Shown here one piece after another: positions 56,501-64,000 of a stretch of 64,000 nucleotides of DNA. This stretch comes from Patescibacteria group bacterium. GTDB lineage: Bacteria > Patescibacteriota > Patescibacteriia > JACRDY01. A model generated the notes under the pieces. It was not told where the DNA came from. It saw only the letters and a program-made list of their open reading frames with translations, and did not search any database. The DNA is taken from contig JBAZBH010000001.1 of assembly GCA_041671565.1 (NCBI GenBank), positions 7,552-71,551 of the forward strand, written 5' to 3'. The stretch's first letter is position 1; each line of letters opens with the position of its first letter. Both the position numbers and the translations under genes were made by a program.

Positions 56501-56705
56501 CTGCCGCGGCTTTATCGGTAAAGGTGACGGCCAAAATCTCCTCGGGCTTAGCTTTATCCGAAAGCGCCAACCAAGCGATCCGCTGGGTGATGACCGTGGT
56601 TTTGCCCGTGCCGGCGCCGGCGACAATCAAAAGCGGCCCGGCGTCATGGGTAACCGCCAATTTTTGCTCCGGATTAAGGTTTTTAGTGATATCTTTGGTC
56701 TCCAT
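53589..56705 (-). CDS. UvrD/PcrA-family helicase fused to C-terminal PD-(D/E)xK nuclease with Cys cluster
   Basis: AGAGTGKT, DEFQD, TIHGAKGLEF, EERRLFYVA; CP...GRVDRID...DYKTG...CRFCDFREIC; start likely ATG 56705. Confidence 0.93.
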   Translation of the reverse strand: METKDITKNLNPEQKLAVTHDAGPLLIVAGAGTGKTTVITQRIAWLALSDKAKPEEILAVTFTDKAAAEMEERVDRLLPYGYVDLWIATFHSFCERILKTHALDIGLPSDFKIMDGTAQWLLVRQNLAKFNLDYYHPLGNPTKFIHALLKHFSRAKDEMISAGDYLEYAEKLKINLDGMESSGGRTLKHKNIKTKEQKNPSMRGAGKRTKEQDNNSPSEDKSEAVDEMEVKRLNEVAGAYQVYQQLLLDNNALDFGDLINYTLKLFQDRPQILRRYQEQFKYILVDEFQDTNWAQYQLIKLLASPRNNLTVVGDDDQAIYRFRGASLSNILEFKSDYSAAKEVVLTENYRSAQNILDLAYKFIQGNNPNRLECRLNESAAILEQAQKKGVNLKKFKKIDKQLKAANEIGGQIEHRHYGTVGEEVAGVLNQILALKKADPETEWSDFAILVRANASAKPFNAALLRAGVPFQFLALRGLYAKEVILDVLAYFKLLDNYHESPAVWRVLNFPMFKIAPQDLVQLSHQAYRQGWSLYESLQKAALMSGLEPKTLDTINQLLSFVVRHTQLAQEKSVGELLITFLTELGYVRYLKDLDNEKGREDLLYLNQFYKKIKAFEEEIDDPKLKDFLELMKLELESGEEGGLQADVEAGPDVVRVMTIHGAKGLEFKYVFIVNLVHLRFPTSERAESIELPDELVKEVAPSGDIHLEEERRLFYVAATRAKLGLFLTSAEDYGGSQKKKPSRFLAELGYGGQENKRTREQENKETIETVKYATSAGGAAAKLPLPDKFPFSQISSFEKCPLQYKYAYILKIPTFGKPSFSFGSTIHVTLQKFFNQMLEGGGQSDLFGAKAGNKLALPSWEVLLELYEASWVDTWYKNAAEKKEYRDKGRRILKEYYRLISQDRPTPIKLESPFKIAVGPYKISGRVDRIDQVAGGVEIIDYKTGQPKTEVKDDDRDQLLIYQLAAEQAFGLQPQKLTYYYIEENKAVSFIGSEKDKEKIQEKIINIIDRIQGSDFTATPGWPCRFCDFREICEFREN

Positions 56706-56843
56706 AAGCACTAATATCTTAGCATAAATTAAAGGTTTTGACAGTCGGCAAGAATCCAATAAAACCTTGACTTTTTAATAAACATAGATTAAAGTAAAAA
56801 AAACTAGTTCATTTCTAAACTTAACCCGTTAAAGGAGAACGAC

Positions 56844-57458
56844 ATGCCAAGTGACAAGGGGCAAAACAGACTCTTTTTTAAACTCAAATTCGTCGCGGCC
56901 AATGGAGGAACCCTAACTGGACAATCTGTGAGAGGGTGTTTCTCAAGCATTGCGGAATCATTTCTCAGTTTAAAACAAAAAGGGCTCTGCCCTGCCACGC
57001 TGGCAAATATTGCCATTCAAGCGGAGTTGATATTCTCGGTTGATGGCCGACCCAATCACGAATTTTCGGCTAATTTGGAAGGGATTTCCCTAACCGAGGA
57101 ACTGACAAAAACTTACTTCGAAACGATGGCAACATCCAGCGCCGATCTGGCAAACTACTCGGGAATTATTATTTCTATTACCCTAAGTGGAACCAAAACT
57201 TCCTCCAAAAAATATGGAAAAGTTGGGGTAACAGAAGAATTAATCGAGAAAATCATCAAGGGCGTTCTAAGCCATACCAGCGCAAAAAACACGGCGAGAG
57301 CAACGAAGCAAATCGGAATCGTTGCCAGCGCTTTCGTCAGGTTTAGAAAAGAAAAACGACTAACTGGCAGAATGGCAGACAGAATCATCGCCGCTCTGGA
57401 AACAATTAAGCCACTCGACGGCGAACTGAGACAAAGCATCTTAGATGCTGTCAGATAG
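56844..57458 (+). CDS. Orphan hypothetical protein
   Basis: TTGACT-N17-TAAAGT, AAGGAG SD, terminator at 57472-57502. Confidence 0.7.
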   Translation: MPSDKGQNRLFFKLKFVAANGGTLTGQSVRGCFSSIAESFLSLKQKGLCPATLANIAIQAELIFSVDGRPNHEFSANLEGISLTEELTKTYFETMATSSADLANYSGIIISITLSGTKTSSKKYGKVGVTEELIEKIIKGVLSHTSAKNTARATKQIGIVASAFVRFRKEKRLTGRMADRIIAALETIKPLDGELRQSILDAVR

Positions 57459-57601
57459 CCACATTTGATATAACCCGGGGACGGCTCAGTCCCTGGGTTT
57501 TTAAATATTAAAGTTACCATTCTGCGAGGTGTTGACTTTTATCTAAAAAACGCTAAACTTTCCTTACTGCGCTATTTCACAACCAAACAACGGGGGAACT
57601 A

Positions 57602-58294
57602 ATGAACGAACTGCAAATTTCGACTCTAAAATTGCTAGGCTGGGGCATCGGCGGCCTAATTGCCCTGCGGCTCTTTGGCGGAATATTTCTGGACATACTG
57701 GAAATCATACTTGACCTCCTGGCGAGTTATTGGCAAAAGGTAAAACCTTTGCCGCGCCTACCCTATCAAGTCACTTGGCCGGGCTACCTCGCCAATCTGA
57801 CCAACAAAGACGCCGCTCATGTCCGGGAAATCTGCCGTCGGCTAGCGGATTTAAGCCGCAAGCATAACCTACCGATTGCCGTCATGGCCGTAGGCTCGGC
57901 TTTAAACCGCGATACCGACCGACTCGGGCAAAAAATTCCGCCGCGCGACATCGACCTCTTACTACTGGCGGCAAACGCCAAAGACGCTGACCGCGCCAAT
58001 CAGATCTTTCGGGATTTTATCGCGCGCCAACCTGAGGTTGACCGCGATAAAACCAGCGGCGAACCCAAAGAGCATACTTGGAATGTTTTCAGCTTCGACA
58101 ACTGTTCGAAATTTTGGGAGCTGAATTTCCCAGGGAAAAGCCGAACGGTGCAACTTTTTGTTCACCACTACCACAAAGTCGGCCATCTGCGGCAGCAACT
58201 CAGACAAGAAATCAAAAAACGACTGATCGACCCCGACTATCGGTTCGCCTACCTCATCATCGCAGAAAGCGCCTCCGGGCGCTTTTTTTCTTAA
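57602..58294 (+). CDS. Membrane-anchored nucleotidyltransferase-like orphan
   Basis: N-terminal hydrophobic helix; VGS...RDIDLLL pol-beta-type motif. Confidence 0.6.
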   Translation: MNELQISTLKLLGWGIGGLIALRLFGGIFLDILEIILDLLASYWQKVKPLPRLPYQVTWPGYLANLTNKDAAHVREICRRLADLSRKHNLPIAVMAVGSALNRDTDRLGQKIPPRDIDLLLLAANAKDADRANQIFRDFIARQPEVDRDKTSGEPKEHTWNVFSFDNCSKFWELNFPGKSRTVQLFVHHYHKVGHLRQQLRQEIKKRLIDPDYRFAYLIIAESASGRFFS

Positions 58295-58914
58295 ATCTCG
58301 TCAAAATCAACCGTCCGCGGGATCAGTTTAATCGCCGGCGCCGAGGCGGCGCTGAGGACAAACTTAACTAAGATATTAGAGAAAATAATACTCATCACCA
58401 CCGAGAATGGCATAACACCGGCAAAGGCAATCAGACAAAACAGAAAACTGTCAGCGACTAGAGCAACGGTATTCGACAAAAGCGAACCCGCCAGATCATT
58501 GAACCGGTGGTAAATCCGGCTGAAAATCTCCGTGTCAATCAGCTCGGAAATCACTTGCGAAATCACGCTCGCGAGCACTATCCGGAAAACCGGGGTTAAG
58601 ATATTTTGGTAATCCGCCTGAAAAGCCCAACTCGGCTCGGCCGGCAGTTTGCCCACCAAGTAAAACAAAATAACCATCGCCAAATTGATACCCGCCGCCG
58701 TGCAGACCACCACTCGAGCGCTCTTTTTGCCGGCGGTCTTATGGACAAAATCCCGGAGAGTAAAAGTCAGCGGATAAATCACCGTGCCACCGTCCATCGC
58801 CAGGTTGACCCAAGGCAGGAGCGCGATTTTGGTCGATAAAACATTGGCAATCAACTGTGACGCCACATATAGGGCGGCGCTGATTAGGGCGAGATTATTT
58901 TTGATGGTTGGCAT
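58291..58914 (-). CDS. Queuosine precursor transporter (VUT/YhhQ family)
   Basis: ANVLSTK, YPLTF..RD, RIVLAS..SQ.ISE.ID, DS.LF..IAF.G. Confidence 0.9.
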   Translation of the reverse strand: MPTIKNNLALISAALYVASQLIANVLSTKIALLPWVNLAMDGGTVIYPLTFTLRDFVHKTAGKKSARVVVCTAAGINLAMVILFYLVGKLPAEPSWAFQADYQNILTPVFRIVLASVISQVISELIDTEIFSRIYHRFNDLAGSLLSNTVALVADSFLFCLIAFAGVMPFSVVMSIIFSNILVKFVLSAASAPAIKLIPRTVDFDEI

Positions 58915-58966
58915 AATTAAATATAAAAAGCCCCTAAGGGACTTGTTTTCTTACCAAAAATCTAGC

Positions 58967-60103
58967 TTATAATCTATCTCTTCTAAAATTATCTAAAATC
59001 GCCGTAGCTAAAACATTAGATAAAACCGTTGGCACGGCATTCCCTATTTGTAAATTTCTATCGCTCCGAGAGCCATAAAATTGATAACTATCAGGAAAAC
59101 ACTGAATCCTGGCCCCTTCTCGGGTGGTTAAAGGCCGCGCCGCTTTTGGATGAATGCATCTTGACGACGACGGCGTGCTTAAATTTCTGGTTATGGTCGG
59201 CGCTGGCCTTTTCCACCAAAGCCGGCAATAAGTATTTTTGAATCCCGATGTCGGCCTCAAATTTTCTGGCAAATCTTCCGGCGTCCCGCCATCCGGCAAG
59301 AGCTCCATCATTTTTACCAGCTTCGCGTTATTCTTTGGCGCGTTCTGATCCATTATTTTTTTAGGCGCATTTTGGCGCATAAATCTTTGAAAACTATTCT
59401 TCGGCGCTGAAGCATAATTAAAACTCTCTTCGCCGGTTTTAATAAATGGCAAATCGCTGATTGCCTCTTCAAGCGTTAAATATGGTTTTAAATTTTTTTG
59501 GAATAAACTTCTAGATTCTTTTAAATTATAATTAGTGGGCTGAGGATAAACAAAATTAGTTTTAAGTTTCGAGCCAATAATTACTATCCTTTCTCTGATC
59601 TGCGGCGCGCCGTAATCTGCCGCATTTAAAACTTGGGATTGAACTTTATAGCCAAGTGATTTAAAAAGCAAAATTATTGTTTCTAGCAATTCTCCGTTTT
59701 GCATCGATAAAAGACCTCTGACATTTTCAAAAAGAAAAAACTTTGGATTAAATTCTTTTAAAACGCGATAATACTCTTGGAAGAGCTTGCCCCGCGGATC
59801 ATTTATCAACCTTTTGCCAACAGTTGAATACGCCTGACAAGGCGGCCCACCAATAATTATATCTATCTCGTTAGGTTTAATCCCTAAATCATTTTCAATT
59901 TTTTTGGCATTAAACTTCTTAATATCATCGATATAAACTTTTACAGTCGGATGGTTCAGTGAATAAGCTTTTGCCATATTCGGTAAAATCTCATTAGCCG
60001 CAACAATTTCAAAATTACTATTATGGGCAAAACCATAACTTAACCCGCCCACACCGCAAAACAAATCAATAATTTTTAACTTCTTGCTCATAAAAAAATC
60101 CAA
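58967..60103 (-). CDS. DNA (cytosine-5) methyltransferase
   Basis: DLFCGVGG, GGPPCQ, ENV, QIRER, QIGNAV. Confidence 0.97.
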   Translation of the reverse strand: MDFFMSKKLKIIDLFCGVGGLSYGFAHNSNFEIVAANEILPNMAKAYSLNHPTVKVYIDDIKKFNAKKIENDLGIKPNEIDIIIGGPPCQAYSTVGKRLINDPRGKLFQEYYRVLKEFNPKFFLFENVRGLLSMQNGELLETIILLFKSLGYKVQSQVLNAADYGAPQIRERIVIIGSKLKTNFVYPQPTNYNLKESRSLFQKNLKPYLTLEEAISDLPFIKTGEESFNYASAPKNSFQRFMRQNAPKKIMDQNAPKNNAKLVKMMELLPDGGTPEDLPENLRPTSGFKNTYCRLWWKRPAPTITRNLSTPSSSRCIHPKAARPLTTREGARIQCFPDSYQFYGSRSDRNLQIGNAVPTVLSNVLATAILDNFRRDRL

Positions 60104-60105
60104 GG

Positions 60106-60909
60106 CTAACTAAAACTTATATCTTTAAATTTTATTGGGCTTTCGGTTATTTTCCAGACAAAATTGTTTTGATCAATATTAAAAACCGTTTGCCCCTCCA
60201 TTTGTTGCCTAGTAATCCAGTTCACGCTATCGTCATCAATTTCATCCAATCTAATAAACGCCACTTGACCATTATACAGATCGAAATGAATTGCCAACGA
60301 ATGAACCTTAAAATCATGAAAAACCCTCTTGGCCTCCAAAACTTTGTGTTGTTTTATATCATTGATTCCGGTAAAACCTGCCTGCATTTCTACCCTGACC
60401 TTTTCTTTGCCTTTTAATCTAATTTCTAAATCAGCCTTTGGGGTTCTTTTAAAAGTCTCTATATTTCTCAAATCATCGTCGCCGATTAAATCAATTTTAG
60501 AAGTATTAACATTAAATATTATGCCGAGGGCTTTAAGAAAATAGTTTGAAATTATATAACCTCTCATCCAGGAAAAATAAACTTGCTCCGGTCGTCGGCC
60601 CTGGTTATTAAGTCTGGGCAAAATATTACTCGCTTTCATTATTTTAAAAGTGCGATCTATATATTCCGCTTTAAAAGCGGCTAGATTATCTATTTTTATT
60701 TCAGCCGCAACTACGCTATTAATTTTATAGATAATGTCGTAAAGCCTTTTATTTAAAATCTTTATATAATTAAAATCAACAGTAGGAGTAACATCTTTGG
60801 CGCCAAAGAAATCTTTTACGACCGCCTGACTAACGAAACCTAATTTCCGCCGATACTGCCGAAAATATTCAGCGGTAATTGTAATTTCTCTTGGCATAAT
60901 TTTATACAC
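60106..60909 (-). CDS. Putative type II restriction endonuclease partnering the C5-MTase
   Basis: Coupled upstream of the MTase, low GC, AD...EMQAG...DIKQHK motif. Confidence 0.75.
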   Translation of the reverse strand: MYKIMPREITITAEYFRQYRRKLGFVSQAVVKDFFGAKDVTPTVDFNYIKILNKRLYDIIYKINSVVAAEIKIDNLAAFKAEYIDRTFKIMKASNILPRLNNQGRRPEQVYFSWMRGYIISNYFLKALGIIFNVNTSKIDLIGDDDLRNIETFKRTPKADLEIRLKGKEKVRVEMQAGFTGINDIKQHKVLEAKRVFHDFKVHSLAIHFDLYNGQVAFIRLDEIDDDSVNWITRQQMEGQTVFNIDQNNFVWKITESPIKFKDISFS

Positions 60910-60977
60910 ACAAATTAACCTTTGAAGTCTAATGACTGAGGTTAAAATTAGTTAACTATTTTTATTATACCATGTAA

Positions 60978-61598
60978 CTACGCCCGTTTGAAATTGCGAA
61001 TCACGGCCATGACCACACCCTGAATCAGCGGGTCTTGAACATAAATCGGCTGGTAGGCTTTATTCGCCGGCTGAAGGCGGATGCGGTTCGCCTCGCGGTA
61101 AAACTTCTTCAGCGTGGCGTAAGCGTTGTCCAGAAGCGCCACCACCGTATCACCGTTATTCGGGCTGGGGTTCCGTTCAATCACCACATAGTCGCCGTCC
61201 AAAATCCCGTCTTCCATCATACTGTCGCCTTTAACTTGCAAAACATAAGAGTTCTCCCGATGGATAACCAGATTTGCCGGAATCGCCACCACCTCCGGAT
61301 TGGCAACCGCCTCGATTGGCTCGCCGGCGGCAATCAAACCCATCAGCGGTAGATTGATAATCTCGCCAATATTTACTTCGCCCTCGTCAACCGGCGTCAG
61401 TTCAATCGACCGCGACTCATTGGTGGACCGTTTAAGGTAGCCTTTCTTTTCTAAGGCCTCAATGTGGTCGGCAACAGTCGCGACCGAAGCCAATTTAAAC
61501 TCCGCGGCAATCTCGCGAAAGCTGGGCGAATAGCCGTGGCCGATAATAAAATCACGGATAAACTCCAAGATTTCGTGCTGTTTTTTGGTTAATCCCAT
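60978..61598 (-). CDS. lexA: SOS repressor LexA
   Basis: wHTH (PSFREIA), AAG cleavage site, GDSM, TLKK. Confidence 0.97.
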   Translation of the reverse strand: MGLTKKQHEILEFIRDFIIGHGYSPSFREIAAEFKLASVATVADHIEALEKKGYLKRSTNESRSIELTPVDEGEVNIGEIINLPLMGLIAAGEPIEAVANPEVVAIPANLVIHRENSYVLQVKGDSMMEDGILDGDYVVIERNPSPNNGDTVVALLDNAYATLKKFYREANRIRLQPANKAYQPIYVQDPLIQGVVMAVIRNFKRA

Positions 61599-61603
61599 AT
61601 GGT

Positions 61604-61692
61604 TGATAGCGACTTGTGGTTAGCAGTTAGCGATTTGGGCCTAATTAATTAAATTAATAAGTTTGCTAACTGCTAGCAGCTAATAGCTATCA
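61604..61692. repeat. Fold-back element with TTAGCAG-like 7-mer arms in the lexA leader
   Basis: TGATAGC...GGTTAGCAGTTAGCGA ... TTGCTAACTGCTAGCAGCTAATAGCTATCA. Confidence 0.8.
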
Positions 61693-61701
61693 GGTAATTC
61701 C

Positions 61702-61730
61702 ATTATACCGAACAAACACCGAACAGACAA
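61702..61730 (-). promoter_or_regulatory. lexA promoter with direct-repeat LexA box
   Basis: TTGTCT-N17-TATAAT; the spacer holds TTCGG-TGTTTG-TTCGG (61708-61723). Confidence 0.8.
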
Positions 61731-61816
61731 GATAAGTTATCCACAAAGGAAAAACCAATAAAAAAAGAGGTTTTTTAGACCTCCAGTTGAAATGAGCTCG
61801 GAGAGAAAACTCTACT

Positions 61817-62221
61817 TTACCAATTATTTTTTGGCAAATAACTGATTTTAATGCTAACTCCGGGCAAACGCCGCCTCAAGAAATTCTCGAGAAACTTAAT
61901 TTTTACGCCATGCCAGTGCTCTTCCTCGATGTTATAGTCAAATGCCGCCGATCCGCCAGCTGCGCCGCAGTCTTCATGATGAAAGACATAAAGTGTTTCC
62001 CAGCTATGGAGCGCCTGCAACAACCGCAGCCAGCTCACAATCAGCCAACGGCACAATAACCGACGCCACCAACTCCCGTGAACCAGACTGATTCCGCCTC
62101 CCGGCAGTATCAGTAAATCGGAATGGCCCAAAAGACTGTTCTTGGTCAAAAACCCAAACAACCATGGACCGAGCCGACCATCACTGCAACACAAGACACA
62201 AGCCTTCATTGAAGCGGACAT
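61817..62221 (-). CDS. Beta-carbonic-anhydrase-like protein
   Basis: CSDGR, PGG, HHEDCGA; AGGAGG SD, TTGACA-N17-TAAACT promoter; start 62221. Confidence 0.7.
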   Translation of the reverse strand: MSASMKACVLCCSDGRLGPWLFGFLTKNSLLGHSDLLILPGGGISLVHGSWWRRLLCRWLIVSWLRLLQALHSWETLYVFHHEDCGAAGGSAAFDYNIEEEHWHGVKIKFLENFLRRRLPGVSIKISYLPKNNW

Positions 62222-62397
62222 GCTGATTCCTCCTAGGTGAATCGGGGCGATCCCCTTGATTGACGATTGACTAAACAATTGATGCTATAGTTTACGCTAT
62301 ATAATTTTTAATGTCAATCTGCCCTCTTGGCATTTCCCCAGAAAGAAGGTAAGATAACCCCACTACAAAAATCAACCGCGAACCGTAGGAGGAACTT

Positions 62398-62679
62398 ATG
62401 GACTTTCTCATCCACAGCCCGCAGTTCAACCAGTTCGTGGTTGGCCACGAACTGCACTGGGCCATCGGCTTTATTGTCGGCCTAATTTTATTCCTAACCG
62501 CCGGCTACAACCTCAAAGAAGGCTGGCATAGCCACCTTAACACTCCCGGCAAAAAAATAATGGCAGTCATTAAACTGGCCATTTCGCTTCCGGTCTTTAT
62601 CTTCTTACTCAGCGTCTTAGTGCTTATCTTTAAGTACAAACTCGACCTGGGCATCTACAAATGGAGTAACTTTCTGTAA
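62398..62679 (+). CDS. Small two-TM membrane protein (orphan)
   Basis: AGGAGG SD; two hydrophobic segments; hairpin at 62699-62725. Confidence 0.7.
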   Translation: MDFLIHSPQFNQFVVGHELHWAIGFIVGLILFLTAGYNLKEGWHSHLNTPGKKIMAVIKLAISLPVFIFLLSVLVLIFKYKLDLGIYKWSNFL

Positions 62680-62725
62680 ATCACATACCAAACCAACTTC
62701 CCGTCCAGGCATCCGCCGGACGGGA

Positions 62726-63265
62726 TTATATTTTATAGAGATAAATCGCTTTGGCGCTTGGCGCCAGCCTAATCACTTTGGTTGGGGTCCAGCCGGGCAA
62801 AGAAAAGGCGTAAGACACCACCCGGCTGCCGGGTTTTAGTTCTTGCTTCAGTTTATCCCCCAGCTGGTTAGTCCGCAAATTTAAAGGCAGGCCAAAGAAA
62901 TAAACTACATCCGCGCCGGACAAATCTTCTTTAAAAATATTTTTGAGCTTAAAGGTCAGACTTTGGTTTAAATTAAACAGCCGACGCCACTCGCAAATTA
63001 AGTAAAGCGGCAATGAAATTTCTAAACCCACGGCCTTGACCCTATATTTCTTGGCGGCTAAAACTACTGCCCGGCCATCGCCACAACCGAGATCATAAAA
63101 CACTTCTCCCGGCTGAAGTTCGGCGAGCGCCAAAGCCTGAACCAAATCTCGTTGCCGCGTCGGCACCCATGGCGCGAACGACCGAAAAGCCACCACCCCG
63201 CCAATTACAAAAGAAACCAGTAAAACCAGCAAAACCGCAATAATTAACCAATTAAACAATAGCAT
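62726..63265 (-). CDS. SAM-dependent methyltransferase (membrane-anchored)
   Basis: APWVPT, YDLGCGDGR, ELKPGSRVVSYAF. Confidence 0.9.
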   Translation of the reverse strand: MLLFNWLIIAVLLVLLVSFVIGGVVAFRSFAPWVPTRQRDLVQALALAELQPGEVFYDLGCGDGRAVVLAAKKYRVKAVGLEISLPLYLICEWRRLFNLNQSLTFKLKNIFKEDLSGADVVYFFGLPLNLRTNQLGDKLKQELKPGSRVVSYAFSLPGWTPTKVIRLAPSAKAIYLYKI

Positions 63266-63266
63266 A

Positions 63267-63752
63267 TTATTCTCTCAGCTTAACCATCAGCCAAGTGCTG
63301 GGCGACTTTTGCGGTTTAATTAGCCTAATTTTTTTAAAACCAACTTTTTGATAACACCTAATCGCCCTGATATTTTTGGGCAAAACTTCCAGATAAAGGT
63401 TCTTTTCCCGAGGAAAATTCTTAAAAAACCAATTGACGGCTTGCTGCATCGCAACCGTGCCGATCCCCCGGCCCCAATAACGCTTTTCGCCAATGGCAAT
63501 ATAAACTTCATAATGCTTCTTAGTCTTTTTCCGTTGAATCAAAATGTGGCCAATCGGCTTCCGCTTAGCGGTAATAATAAAATCAAAGCCGTTTTTATTG
63601 GTTAAATGGCGGCTTAAAATTCTAACCACGGCTTCCGGCTTTACCGCTTCGTTAGTTCCTGAAGTCCAACGGCGCAGTTCCGGATCGTTCCACCAACGAT
63701 TAAACAGCTTAAAGTGGTTAGGTTTTAACTTAATCAAACTGATTTTTAACAT
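63267..63752 (-). CDS. GNAT family (RimJ/RimL-like) acetyltransferase
   Basis: IGEKRYWGRGIG, NIRAIRCYQKVGF. Confidence 0.9.
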   Translation of the reverse strand: MLKISLIKLKPNHFKLFNRWWNDPELRRWTSGTNEAVKPEAVVRILSRHLTNKNGFDFIITAKRKPIGHILIQRKKTKKHYEVYIAIGEKRYWGRGIGTVAMQQAVNWFFKNFPREKNLYLEVLPKNIRAIRCYQKVGFKKIRLIKPQKSPSTWLMVKLRE

Positions 63753-63818
63753 ATAGCTTAAGTATATCAAAAAACCGCCCATAGGACGATTTTTAGTTAG
63801 TTGGCTTTTTCCTAAACT

Positions 63819-64000
63819 TTAAACCTCGGCTAAACTGACCCCGCCATCCTCGCCAACTTTAACCAACACTTTTTTAACCGCTATCTCGGGGTATTTAGCC
63901 GTAATTAAATCGGCCACCCGCGCCATCACCGCCTGGTGCTTCTGTTCGTCGTTCTCCATTCGGCCGCCGTAAGCGCCGCAATCGGTATGGTTCATGAGTA
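63819..64000 (-). CDS. Beta-carbonic-anhydrase-like protein, 3' part (truncated by the window edge)
   Basis: Own translation: LMNHTDCGAYGGRMENDEQKH...SLAEV*. Confidence 0.7.
   Translation of the reverse strand, partial: LMNHTDCGAYGGRMENDEQKHQAVMARVADLITAKYPEIAVKKVLVKVGEDGGVSLAEV

Overview
A 64 kb stretch of a Patescibacteria/CPR (Parcubacteria-like) chromosome. The lineage is inferred from gene content: class I LysRS, homodimeric GlyRS, DUF4012, CPR-type Cys-rich proteins, SD-less AT-rich start regions and a TTCGG-N6-TTCGG box at lexA. It is mostly housekeeping: fmt/def/priA, gltX, a class Ic nrdAB with NrdR boxes, a Xer recombinase with a dif-like site, ftsQ-like/ddl/alr, serS, lysS, greA, glyQS, frr, holB, two mreB plus mreCD, a UvrD-nuclease fusion and lexA. 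Small AT-rich inserts add two restriction-modification pairs, a Fic gene and orphans. Two signals are not explained by the genes. (1) About 20 intergenic fold-back elements whose arms are 7-8 nt tandem repeats, in at least 10 sequence families. They fill stop-to-start junctions of operons, occur as near-identical dispersed copies, nest inside each other, and leave single-arm arrays in frame inside gltX, alr and the helicase. (2) The tetramer ACGT was not found anywhere on a by-eye scan, in a window that also carries a C5-MTase/endonuclease pair resembling ACGT-specific systems. No rRNA, tRNA, CRISPR array or transposase was recognised. All calls are by eye, without database searches.
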